Assembly (NCBI GenBank): GCA_021734805.1
Contig: JAIPIG010000004.1
Span: forward strand, 4,822 to 68,821
DNA length: 64,000 nt
Origin: Simkaniaceae bacterium
GTDB lineage: Bacteria > Chlamydiota > Chlamydiia > Chlamydiales > JACRBE01
Direction: 5' to 3'
Shown here: positions 1-8,588 of the stretch, piece after piece
Position numbering within the stretch: the first letter of the stretch is position 1
Layout of the letters: every line of letters begins with the position of its first letter
Program-made: the position numbers and the translations under genes
Notes under the pieces: generated by a model
Told to the model about the DNA's origin: nothing
The model's database searches: none
What the model saw: only the letters and a program-made list of their open reading frames with translations

Positions 1-200
1 GATCCTATCGCAATCACCGAGGAGGCCGACATGCAAACGGCACATGTGACTAAAGGAATCGCCGTAAGAGCAATGGCTGCTAATGCGATCGCTGAAATAA
101 GTACGGTTTTTTTAAGGAATTGTGACTGTTGAGGTTGCAATGATTTAGTCAAATCAACCCTAGAGAGGGAGTCATTAACCCCAAAAGTTAAATGAGCCAT
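1..200 (-). CDS. Partial CDS (first 66 codons, runs off the window start): hypothetical membrane protein, Inc-like hydrophobic block
   Basis: My own translation of the minus strand from the ATG at 198-200 gives MAHLTFGVNDSLSRVDLTKSLQPQQSQFLKKTVLISAIALAAIALTAIPLVTCAVCMSASSVIAIG. It stays open to the window edge. A polar N-terminus is followed by a ~35-aa hydrophobic stretch. No family recognised. Confidence 0.35.
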   Translation of the reverse strand, partial: MAHLTFGVNDSLSRVDLTKSLQPQQSQFLKKTVLISAIALAAIALTAIPLVTCAVCMSASSVIAIG

Positions 201-280
201 ATTTAACGGTCCTTATTATATTATTATGTAATAATTATAAACCGTTGATAATTAAAAAACTATAGTAAGTATTATTTTAA

Positions 281-1192
281 TTATGTTGTTTTAGGAAATG
301 GAATGTTCATAATATCTTCAGCAGCGATCGTGTGAGGAAAAATCTTTTGTGCTTCTTCTTCATGCCTCTTCGAATCAGAATAGCGGGCTGAGTAATGTGT
401 TAAAACAAGCTGTTGGACTCCTGCGCTTTGGGCAATTTCAGCCGCTTGAGCGGCTGTGAGATGAAGGTACTCTTCGGCAAGATGCTTATGTTCATTGAGA
501 TACGTCGCCTCACAAAGCAATAACTTAGCTCCCTTAGCAATCTCGATTGCCGCTTGACATGGCTTAGTATCAAGCACAATGGCAAAGCTATCCCCTTTAC
601 GAATCCGGCTCACCTCTTCAATCAAAACCGTTTGATCTCCAATCGTTATTTTTTTATGTTCGAGAAGCTCTCTCATCGCTATCCCGCGAATGCCTCGAGC
701 TTTGAGCTTTTCCTTATCAAATTTAAGTTCATCGGGCTCAGTCACTCGGTAGGCGATGTTGTGAATGCCATGCTTGAGAAACCGGGCTTCAATGACAAAA
801 GATTGATCTTGATGCACAACACCCTCATGTTCAATAGGATGCTCAATAACCTTAATTGTCTCATGGTAGCTTGTGCTATAGCGGAGGCGATCGAAATACT
901 TTTTTCCACTGGCCGGATAATAACAGTGAATGGGATGTTTTACTTTATCGAGGTTGAGGCGCATTAGCATGGAACCGAGCCCCAAGCAATGATCTCCATG
1001 GAAATGACTAATAAAAATGCGGGTAACGCAGGGCGGTGCCACATCGGCAAAGATAAATTGCCGCTGCGTTCCTTCACCCGGATCAAATAAAAGCCCTTCA
1101 TTATTCCAGCGCAAAAGATACGCCCCATGGTTGCGCTTGCGCGTAGGCTGCTGTGAGGATGTTCCCAATATGATGAGATCTCTAACGCTCAT
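281..1192 (-). CDS. rnz: Ribonuclease Z (metallo-beta-lactamase fold tRNA 3' endonuclease)
   Basis: 303-aa ORF with N-terminal [22 protein letters not shown] and the HxHxDH zinc motif ([12 protein letters not shown]) typical of short-form RNase Z/ElaC. Confidence 0.85.
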   Translation of the reverse strand: MSVRDLIILGTSSQQPTRKRNHGAYLLRWNNEGLLFDPGEGTQRQFIFADVAPPCVTRIFISHFHGDHCLGLGSMLMRLNLDKVKHPIHCYYPASGKKYFDRLRYSTSYHETIKVIEHPIEHEGVVHQDQSFVIEARFLKHGIHNIAYRVTEPDELKFDKEKLKARGIRGIAMRELLEHKKITIGDQTVLIEEVSRIRKGDSFAIVLDTKPCQAAIEIAKGAKLLLCEATYLNEHKHLAEEYLHLTAAQAAEIAQSAGVQQLVLTHYSARYSDSKRHEEEAQKIFPHTIAAEDIMNIPFPKTT

Positions 1193-1213
1193 TGAATATC
1201 TACTTTGAAAGGA

Positions 1214-2344
1214 TTAATGGGAGGCGCCACTCTCATGCTTTTTGCGAGCAAATAGATTTGTTTTCGCTAAAAGAATCCCAACGATTGCCCCCATAAAATG
1301 GGCGGTGTTGGCAATTTGAATCGGAAAGTCGGCAACGTTCATTATTTTTAGCAGAAATGATACCAGTTGGAGGGCTGCAATTCCAAGCACAAAAATAGCT
1401 AAAAAAAGAGCCGCCCCTTTCTGCAAGGGGTAGCCTTCCCATGGAGCGACCTTTTGCCGTATCCAAATAAACCCGGCAAAACCACAGATCACCCCGGAAA
1501 AACCGAGGAAGGCAGGTCCAACCATCAGATACTGAGCGACATTAGAAACGAGGGCAATGATGAGGATCATCAATACATAGCGCCATTTGCCAAGCCTCTC
1601 TTCAATCTGTTTACCGAGAAGCCACACCCACATCATATTAAACAAAATATGTAAAAACCCACCGTGGAGTATAATCGGAGTGAAAAGGCGCCAAACCTGC
1701 CCATGAAGAATATCAGTAAATAGCGGTGCGGAAAAAGCCCCCTTCGAAGCGGGCCAATTTAATAGAATATAGTAGAAGCCAACCCAGATATGTTGTTGCT
1801 TAGCCTCTTCAATGAGAGCCTCTTGTTCTTTCGGTTCCATCTCGAGCTCTACGTTGATGGGGACGGGCCGATTGAAGAGGAGATAGTTTTCAATGGGGGT
1901 GAAAAGAGCGACCGGCTCCTTTTGATCGGGGAGATCCTTAGCGAGCTGATAGCGCTGCCATCCTGAGAGGGCAAATAGGATGACGCACAAGAATATGATT
2001 CCCTTCGTAAAAGAAGCTACAATATGAGAATAGAGGGGCTTGGCGCTCAGTTTTTGCCGCATCTCTTGCATGCGCGCAAGAAAAACAGGATCCTCAGAAA
2101 TTTCCACAGGTTCAGTGGGCTGAGCGATTTGAGCATCATCTGCGATATCAAATTTGGAATCATGAGGAGCTTTATTGAATTCTTCAAGAATGGTTTTGGC
2201 TTTATCGATATCTTCTTCTTTGTAAACCCAAACCTGATATTTTTCCCCATCGAGCTCAAAAAGGGCATGAACCCCCTCGCTCGATAGGTGGTAATAATAG
2301 CGTCGAGCTTGATCTCTTTCTTCAAAAGTGGCAACTAATCGCAT
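1214..2344 (-). CDS. Rhomboid-family intramembrane serine protease with N-terminal soluble domain
   Basis: 376-aa ORF. The multi-TM C-terminal core carries the rhomboid signatures HILFNMMWVW and the catalytic GxSG (GFSGVICG), with a later AHFMGAIVG histidine helix. Confidence 0.85.
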   Translation of the reverse strand: MRLVATFEERDQARRYYYHLSSEGVHALFELDGEKYQVWVYKEEDIDKAKTILEEFNKAPHDSKFDIADDAQIAQPTEPVEISEDPVFLARMQEMRQKLSAKPLYSHIVASFTKGIIFLCVILFALSGWQRYQLAKDLPDQKEPVALFTPIENYLLFNRPVPINVELEMEPKEQEALIEEAKQQHIWVGFYYILLNWPASKGAFSAPLFTDILHGQVWRLFTPIILHGGFLHILFNMMWVWLLGKQIEERLGKWRYVLMILIIALVSNVAQYLMVGPAFLGFSGVICGFAGFIWIRQKVAPWEGYPLQKGAALFLAIFVLGIAALQLVSFLLKIMNVADFPIQIANTAHFMGAIVGILLAKTNLFARKKHESGASH

Positions 2345-2514
2345 AAAAAGGCCAAAAACCTACTGAATCTTGATATTGCCCAGCATCCCAATTTGCGATA
2401 AACTTTGCAAGGATTACAAACTCACCCCCATAAATAGAGGCGATTTTTTGACGGTTAAGAAATATGGGCTACGCGTGGTTAACCACATGAACTCCCCGCT
2501 TGGATCCGGGGAGA

Positions 2515-3021
2515 TTACAGCCTAGCCTCCCGCTCACAAGAGACGATTTTTTTGATGATATCGGAAGTAGAGAGGGCCGGGATGCGCGGCGCTAAATGGA
2601 GTCTTGCCCCTATTTCTCTGACACATTCTGCTTCGATACAATTTTCAGTATATTCAGCTCCATTAACATGGACATCGGGGCGAATTTTCTTGAGGATCTC
2701 ACGCGGATCTAGTTCATCAAACCAAGTCACGAGATCAACCACCTCAAGAGCAGCCATCATTTGCATTCTCTCTTTGAGAGAAATGATTGGACGATCGGGT
2801 GATTTATATGCTTGAATCGAGGCATCGCTATTGAGGGCAACGCACAGCAGATCTCCTTGACGCTTAGCCTCATAGAGAATAAATAAATGCCCCGCATGGA
2901 GCAAATCAAAGGAGCCGTTCAACGTGACAATCCGATGGCCATTGGCCTTTAATCCCCGGACATGCTCTATAATCTTGTCGGGATGGATCACCTTTTGGTC
3001 AGTAAAAAAATCAAGCGTCAT
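2515..3021 (-). CDS. Cytidylyltransferase-family protein resembling RfaE/HldE domain II (heptose-1-phosphate adenylyltransferase-like), stand-alone
   Basis: 168-aa ORF. TLNGSFDLLHAGHLFIL (the (T/H)xGH nucleotidyltransferase motif), LCVALNSDASIQAYK and RPDVHVNGAEY resemble the C-terminal domain of HldE. Confidence 0.7.
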   Translation of the reverse strand: MTLDFFTDQKVIHPDKIIEHVRGLKANGHRIVTLNGSFDLLHAGHLFILYEAKRQGDLLCVALNSDASIQAYKSPDRPIISLKERMQMMAALEVVDLVTWFDELDPREILKKIRPDVHVNGAEYTENCIEAECVREIGARLHLAPRIPALSTSDIIKKIVSCEREARL

Positions 3022-3088
3022 AACTATAACTTAAAATAGAGGTCATTGAACCGGAACCAGTATATGTCGAAAGATGTTATAACAAAAA

Positions 3089-3125
3089 CCAATTCTTCAA
3101 TTCTTCAATTTATTTCGGTATAACC
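3089..3125. repeat. Solo right terminus of the family-A palindromic element, with an internal 8-bp duplication (ATTCTTCA twice)
   Basis: CCAATTCTTCA[ATTCTTCA]ATTTATTTCGGTATAAC matches the right end of the full copy at 62966-62996, including the flanking ACCTC. No partner left end is nearby. Confidence 0.75.
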
Positions 3126-5011
3126 TCTTTTAATTTTGCAATTCCTTCAGATGCTATCGTATAGGCTTGATCAACCCGGTTCGGTTTATCAGGATAGCGC
3201 AGTCTAAGTAAATCCTTTCTAACCATGGATGTAAGAAATCTGGAGCGCAAGGCATCCGGGTTCCTCTGAAGAATATTTCCTAACTGTTTTCGATTAATCC
3301 AGCGCCCTTTACATAGTTTTAAAATCATCTGTTCCATGTCTTCCGAAAACAACTTTTTCATTTCCCTTGCAGTCTGAGCGATTATATACATTTCTTCCTC
3401 CTCCAAATGTACGGAGTCAGGGTCCAAATGTACGGAGTCAGGGTCCAAATGTACGGAGTCAGGGTCCAAATGTACGGAGTCAGAGTCCAAATGTACGGAG
3501 TGGAATTGGGAAGGAATAGAATATCGAGTCCACCGACCTTTACCATTTTGCCGTAAAAGCCCCCTACTCACGAGATCTTGAAGAAGTCGCGTCATATCCG
3601 CAGTATGTTTCCCGGTGATTTCACACATTCTCATGTTATCAACATATCCTTCTACATCTGCTGTCACTAAGGCTTGAATTTCTAATGGTTGAAATTGCTC
3701 GAATTCAGACCGATAAATATTTTTAAGTCGAATAAGAGAAGTATCAGGGATTAAGCTAATCATTGGAAGAATCCACAGTATTCGATCGGGCTGCACTTGC
3801 TCTCTCATAATAGGTTTACGCCAATGCTGAGATTCCCACCCTTTGCATATTTTGTCTACTCCTGATCCAGCTTTTTCAGCTGCACCAATCATCATAAACA
3901 TGGTTTGTAAAGCCTTATTTCTACATTCGCTTACATTACCACGCCAAAGTTGATCAATAGATATCAATAGGGCTCCGGGATTAGACAACTCAAAACGATC
4001 CGGATATTTTTCAATGATGATACCACCCTGACCGGAATAATCAGCATGAATAAGAGCATTTACTAAGGCCTCTCTAATTGCAATATGAACACCACTTTCT
4101 CCCCTGCGAAATAACTCAGCATCAAGTTGAAATGGTATTTTCAAGTCAGCATTTAATTTTTGTATGACCCTAATATAAAATTGGTATAAATTTCCCGACC
4201 AGGTTCCATCAAGCGTCAAGCGATCAGTCCAACGAACATGTGGATCATTTGATAATTTTTCTCGAAAATCAACTTGATATTGAGGGATCGCTTCCTTTAA
4301 AATTTGCTCCTGACCATACATTAAAAGACCTGCAATAGTAACTCCTTCTTGCTCCGTTTCTCGTGAATATCTATAGGCACCTAATTTAGATAAAAATTTT
4401 TTATCATCCTCTTCCAACCATGGATGTGTCGGTTTATGAGAAGCAAATCTCTGTCTGTATTGCCTTATACTGGCTAAATCCAAATCATTTATTGTTGCAT
4501 ATGGAATTATACGTTGATCTGCTGAGTATTCAGAACGATCTGCTAACATGTGAATGATCTCTTGTTGCGTACAATGATAATCCCCATCAAAATTCCGTCG
4601 ATATGTTCCTAAAAAGGGATTTTGTCCTATAAAAATTGGTTTTTGAAAATATTTAGCACGAGGAATATGGATAGATAATATTAATCCCTTAGCTGTTTCA
4701 ATAACCCTTAAATGCTCTTGACTTAATAAATTAACGCTAACCTTACCGCGATTATTAATTGTATTCCAAAAATCTTTTTTTATTTGATCAATCTTTGATA
4801 CGCCACTGATTTGCCCATCATTTTCAACCCCTAATAAAATCATTCCGCCAAATGAATTGGCCATTGCACTATAAGTTTCCCACAAACTTTTAGGCAATCC
4901 ACCTTTGGCTGATTTAAATTCAATATCTTCTCCCTCTTCTAATAGCAATTGAGATCTAATCTCATTTAGACGGATAGAATTTCTAGATGATACCATGATA
5001 AAACCATTCAC
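3110..5011 (-). CDS. AlbA_2 (Schlafen-type) / HATPase_c_4 / winged-helix protein; 'RecG-like putative transcriptional regulator' class
   Basis: 633-aa ORF. N-terminal EDIEFKSAKGGLP...SAMANSFGGMILLGVENDGQISGV fits the AlbA_2 pattern. Central REALVNALIHADYS...IIIEKYPDRFELSNPG fits the HATPase_c_4 pattern. Two wHTH-like C-terminal segments are separated by a DSVHLDP heptad array. Confidence 0.75.
   Translation of the reverse strand: MNGFIMVSSRNSIRLNEIRSQLLLEEGEDIEFKSAKGGLPKSLWETYSAMANSFGGMILLGVENDGQISGVSKIDQIKKDFWNTINNRGKVSVNLLSQEHLRVIETAKGLILSIHIPRAKYFQKPIFIGQNPFLGTYRRNFDGDYHCTQQEIIHMLADRSEYSADQRIIPYATINDLDLASIRQYRQRFASHKPTHPWLEEDDKKFLSKLGAYRYSRETEQEGVTIAGLLMYGQEQILKEAIPQYQVDFREKLSNDPHVRWTDRLTLDGTWSGNLYQFYIRVIQKLNADLKIPFQLDAELFRRGESGVHIAIREALVNALIHADYSGQGGIIIEKYPDRFELSNPGALLISIDQLWRGNVSECRNKALQTMFMMIGAAEKAGSGVDKICKGWESQHWRKPIMREQVQPDRILWILPMISLIPDTSLIRLKNIYRSEFEQFQPLEIQALVTADVEGYVDNMRMCEITGKHTADMTRLLQDLVSRGLLRQNGKGRWTRYSIPSQFHSVHLDSDSVHLDPDSVHLDPDSVHLDPDSVHLEEEEMYIIAQTAREMKKLFSEDMEQMILKLCKGRWINRKQLGNILQRNPDALRSRFLTSMVRKDLLRLRYPDKPNRVDQAYTIASEGIAKLKEVIPK
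3402..3501. repeat. 21-bp perfect or near-perfect tandem repeat, about 4.75 copies, in frame inside CDS 3110-5011
   Basis: The unit TCCAAATGTACGGAGTCAGGG repeats at 3402, 3423, 3444 and 3465 (one substitution), with a partial copy at 3486. It encodes (DSVHLDP)n. Confidence 0.95.
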
Positions 5012-5051
5012 AAATTTATTAAAATTGTGGATGGAATATATAAAATATTAT

Positions 5052-7613
5052 TTATTTTGTCTTTCTTTTCCTTGGGGACACGGTAGCTTTGATTTTTTCT
5101 GCATTGCGAGGAAATGCAATGGCAAAAATTTCATCATAGTGATCGACAAAATGAACTGTGAGCCCCTTTTTGAGATACGCGGGGAGCTTATCGTAATCAG
5201 GCTTATTCGTTTTTGGGAAAATGATCGTCTTCACACCTGAGCGGCGTGCAGCGATGAGCTTCTCCTTCACTCCTCCAATGGGTAGTACCTTACCTTTTAG
5301 GGTAATTTCACCTGTCATGCTCAAATCTTTGAGTATGGGTTGATCAAGTAAGAGCGATAACAGCGAGGTCACCATTGTCACCCCTGCAGAAGGGCCGTCT
5401 TTAGGCGTTGCTCCTTCAGGAATATGGATATGCACTTTATAATTATCAAAAAAATTGCCCTTAGGCGCATAGCGTTTAAACTCGCTATTGAGGTAGGTCC
5501 AAGCAATTTCAGAAGACTCCTTCATCACATCGCCGGCTTGCCCTGTGAGCTTCATAGATACTTTATCTGAAGGCGTTTTGACCGACTCGATATAGAGTGT
5601 CATTCCTCCAAGTGATGTCCAAGCAAGTCCCATACAAACACCGACCGGAGCACGCTCGTAATATTTTTCCGACATAAAGACGGGTTGTCCGAGATACTCT
5701 TCGACTTTATCGTCGGTCACTTTAACGGGAGGGACTTTCTTTTTCCCCTTTTCCTTAGATTCAACGAGATCTTTCGCAACCTTACGCAAAATCTTTTTGA
5801 TATTATTCTCAAGACCGCGCACACCGGATTCGCGCGCATAATCATTGGCAATTTTGCGAATGCCGCCAATGGTGAAATCGACTTCGTCTTTTTTCAGTCC
5901 CATTTCTTTGCGGTTGCGAGGGATGAGATATTTTTTTGCAATTTGCACCTTTTCATCCATGATATAGCCCGAAAGACGCATGATTTCCATCCGATCTCTC
6001 AGAGGAGAAGGAATGGTATCGAGCACATTCGCCGTGACGATAAAAAGGACATCCGACAAATCGGTACGAACGTCGAGGAAGTGATCTAAAAAGTCCTTAT
6101 TTTGTTCGGGATCAAGAACTTCAAGAAGGGCAGATGCGGGATCACCTTGATAGCTTGCTCCCATTTTATCGACCTCATCGAGCATAATGACGGGGTTCAT
6201 GGTGCCACATGCTTTAAGGGCTTGGATCAATTTTCCGGGCATTGCTCCTACATAAGTGCGGCGATGACCTTTGATCTCCGCTTCATCACGCATTCCCCCA
6301 ACAGAGAAACGATAAAATTTGCGATTGAGCGATTTTGCTATACTCTTTCCAATACTCGTTTTCCCCACACCCGGCGGTCCAACAAAGCAAATAATACTCC
6401 CTTTGACACCACCGCAAAGCTGGCCTACGCTGATAAACTCGAGAATGCGCTCCTTGATGTCTTTGAGGCCATAGTGATCCTTTTCGAGCACTTCTTTGGC
6501 TTGTTCGAGGTGATGGGTCTCTTCACTTTTCATACCCCAAGGGATAATAGTCAACCAATCTAGGTAATTGCGGCATACGGCATATTCGGCTGATTGAATA
6601 TCGAGGACACCCAACTTCTCAACTTCCTCGCTAATCACCTCCATCGCTTCGGGGGGCACGTGTAATTTTTCGATGCGATTTTGAAATTTTTCAACATCGC
6701 ATGTCTTATCGTCCTTTTCAATCCCGAGTTCTTTTTTGATGGTTTTCAGTTGCTCTCTTAAGAAGAACTCGCGCTGTGTTTTAGAGACCGTTGCTTCGAT
6801 CTTTTGATTGATACTGCTCTGCAATTTGGAAAGATCAAGCTCTTTCTTCAATAGAGCAAGTGCTTTATCGATCCTCTCCGGAATATCAAATGTCTCAAGG
6901 ACATCTTGCAGCTCTTCTCTTGATGCTGTTGTCAAAGCAACGGCAAAATCAGCGAGTTTACCCGGTTCGGTAAAATCTGAGTGACCAAGAAAAATCTGAA
7001 GCTCTTCTTTAAAAAGGGGATTGAGCTTTAAAAGCTCTTTGATCGTCGTGACAATGCTAATCGAATACGCTTTAAGCATTTTAGAATTTTTATCGGCAGG
7101 AGGCTCAAGATGGTATTTGACGGAGGCAGAAAGAGCTTTACCCGAAGAGATCGTTTTCTTAATGATCACCCTTTTTTCCATATTGAGGACGACCTGCGCG
7201 CCCCCCTGCTCCATAGGGATAATGCGTAAAATACGAGCGGCTACTCCAACTTGGAAGAGCTCTTTTCCCTTTACTTTATAGATATCGACGTCTTCATTAT
7301 GGGTGAGAAACAATCCAAGTAACTTGTGCTTTGTCCGCGATACCGTCTTGAGAACTTCATAAAAAGGTCCGGGTTCAATCACAAGCGGCGCTGCCATTCC
7401 GGGGAAGAAGGGACGTCTAGTCATCGGCAAGATAAAGAGTTTATCGGGAAGCTCATCCGGTTTTAGCGGTTTTTCCGGTTTTCCAATTAAAGCCTCGCCC
7501 TCTTCAATAAACTCAGGCGCTTCGCTCTCTGAATCGGGAATAGGCTCCTGCTCTTCTTTCCGGCGCTGTTTCTTTTTCTTTTTTTTGTCTTTATCGTCTT
7601 CGCTGTCTTCCAA
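5052..7613 (-). CDS. lon: ATP-dependent Lon protease
   Basis: 853-aa ORF with Walker A GPPGVGKTS, the Lon catalytic serine context PKDGPSAGVTM, an N-terminal LON substrate-binding region and a Lys/Glu-rich N-terminal extension. Confidence 0.95.
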   Translation of the reverse strand: MEDSEDDKDKKKKKKQRRKEEQEPIPDSESEAPEFIEEGEALIGKPEKPLKPDELPDKLFILPMTRRPFFPGMAAPLVIEPGPFYEVLKTVSRTKHKLLGLFLTHNEDVDIYKVKGKELFQVGVAARILRIIPMEQGGAQVVLNMEKRVIIKKTISSGKALSASVKYHLEPPADKNSKMLKAYSISIVTTIKELLKLNPLFKEELQIFLGHSDFTEPGKLADFAVALTTASREELQDVLETFDIPERIDKALALLKKELDLSKLQSSINQKIEATVSKTQREFFLREQLKTIKKELGIEKDDKTCDVEKFQNRIEKLHVPPEAMEVISEEVEKLGVLDIQSAEYAVCRNYLDWLTIIPWGMKSEETHHLEQAKEVLEKDHYGLKDIKERILEFISVGQLCGGVKGSIICFVGPPGVGKTSIGKSIAKSLNRKFYRFSVGGMRDEAEIKGHRRTYVGAMPGKLIQALKACGTMNPVIMLDEVDKMGASYQGDPASALLEVLDPEQNKDFLDHFLDVRTDLSDVLFIVTANVLDTIPSPLRDRMEIMRLSGYIMDEKVQIAKKYLIPRNRKEMGLKKDEVDFTIGGIRKIANDYARESGVRGLENNIKKILRKVAKDLVESKEKGKKKVPPVKVTDDKVEEYLGQPVFMSEKYYERAPVGVCMGLAWTSLGGMTLYIESVKTPSDKVSMKLTGQAGDVMKESSEIAWTYLNSEFKRYAPKGNFFDNYKVHIHIPEGATPKDGPSAGVTMVTSLLSLLLDQPILKDLSMTGEITLKGKVLPIGGVKEKLIAARRSGVKTIIFPKTNKPDYDKLPAYLKKGLTVHFVDHYDEIFAIAFPRNAEKIKATVSPRKRKTK

Positions 7614-7727
7614 ATTAATCCCTCAAAAAGATTAGAAGCTAATCTATCAGCTCTAAAAAAAAAGCTCAATACCCCCATTTTGAAAATGAAGAATCAAAGA
7701 GCCTCAAAAAATCTTTTTTTTACTTTA

Positions 7728-7912
7728 GCTCGACTTTGTAACTTATTGTGGGCCCGAAGGCCTCGAGATATTTGTTTTCGGAGGAGTTATTAAAACCGGG
7801 AAGGGGGTTTTTACCCCTTCCCGGTTTTAATAATCTCCTAGTTCGACCATAGGTCGAGCGTCCGAGAGCAAAAGATCGAGGCAGGCGGGCCCAACAAGTT
7901 GCAAAGTCGAGC
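7728..7912. mobile_element. Family-C palindromic MITE-like element (~185 bp), full copy
   Basis: The ends are AGCTCGACTTTGTAACTT and AAGTTGCAAAGTCGAGCT. A central 18-bp perfect stem ATTAAAACCGGGAAGGGG / CCCCTTCCCGGTTTTAAT lies at 7789-7806 and 7814-7831. A near-identical copy in opposite orientation lies at 47189-47372. No ORF. Confidence 0.85.
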
Positions 7913-8050
7913 TTAGCTCATCCCGCCATGAGATTGCAAGCCAAAGAGCTTCCTCATGACAATACGATTTAGCGCCCAAAAAAATTCTATTACCCTAATC
8001 GCCATTTTTTGACGAGAAAGAAACTATCCTTTTGGTTTATAATCATTGCC

Positions 8051-8587
8051 ATGTTCATGCTACTGATTGATACCTCTTCTCAGACACAACACCTTGCCCT
8101 CTTTCGAGGTCAAAACCTGATCGCCTATTCGAAGACAACCTCAAAATCTCACCAATTGATTGTGGAAATTGAAAAATTGCTAACGGAATCGCATTGCAAA
8201 AAAGAAGAGATTCAAGAGATTGCAATTGGAGTGGGTCCCGGATCTTTTACCGGAACCCGTATCGGTGTGATGGTGGCAAAGACCCTTGCCTTTGGACTCA
8301 AAAAACCCCTTATCCCTTTTAATTCCATGATCTTATTTACCCCCTCTCTTCCGACATTTACTCTTGTAAGAGATGCTCGATCTTCTCAATATTATGTGAT
8401 GAAAGGAAAAAAAGAAGGGGAGCAAACTTTGTTTCACCCCCCCGAACTACTCGATTATTGTCCGGACAATGCCTGTGATACAGATCAAGTCCCGATTCAT
8501 TTCCCTTTTATCGCAGCATACCTATCTCAAGTTCCCAGGGTGCAATACAATGAAGTGGAAGTTCTCTATTTGAAGAATCCGGGATGA
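8051..8587 (+). CDS. tsaB: tRNA threonylcarbamoyladenosine (t6A) biosynthesis protein TsaB (YeaZ family)
   Basis: The ORF track opens at a TTG at 8009. I prefer the ATG at 8051 (MFMLLIDTSSQ), which gives the usual TsaB N-terminus. The motif IAIGVGPGSFTGTRIGVMVAKTLAFGL is typical of YeaZ/TsaB. Confidence 0.75.
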   Translation: MFMLLIDTSSQTQHLALFRGQNLIAYSKTTSKSHQLIVEIEKLLTESHCKKEEIQEIAIGVGPGSFTGTRIGVMVAKTLAFGLKKPLIPFNSMILFTPSLPTFTLVRDARSSQYYVMKGKKEGEQTLFHPPELLDYCPDNACDTDQVPIHFPFIAAYLSQVPRVQYNEVEVLYLKNPG

Positions 8588-8588
8588 T

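Noticed and set aside
2475-2513. The 12-bp palindrome GTGGTTAACCAC and the hairpin CTCCCCG-N8-CGGGGAG just downstream of the cytidylyltransferase stop, a possible terminator.
   Set aside because: No T-tract follows on the transcribed (minus) strand and the stem is short. It is not convincing enough to annotate.
3402-3501. The regularly spaced 21-bp repeats could superficially suggest a CRISPR array.
   Set aside because: The units are directly abutting with no spacers. They lie in frame inside a long ORF and encode a heptad peptide. This is a coding VNTR, not a CRISPR.
7487-7678. A minus-strand 63-aa ORF overlapping the lon start region.
   Set aside because: It is an out-of-frame overlap with the Lys/Glu-rich lon N-terminus, and its Lys/Arg-rich translation is a by-product of the A-rich sequence.
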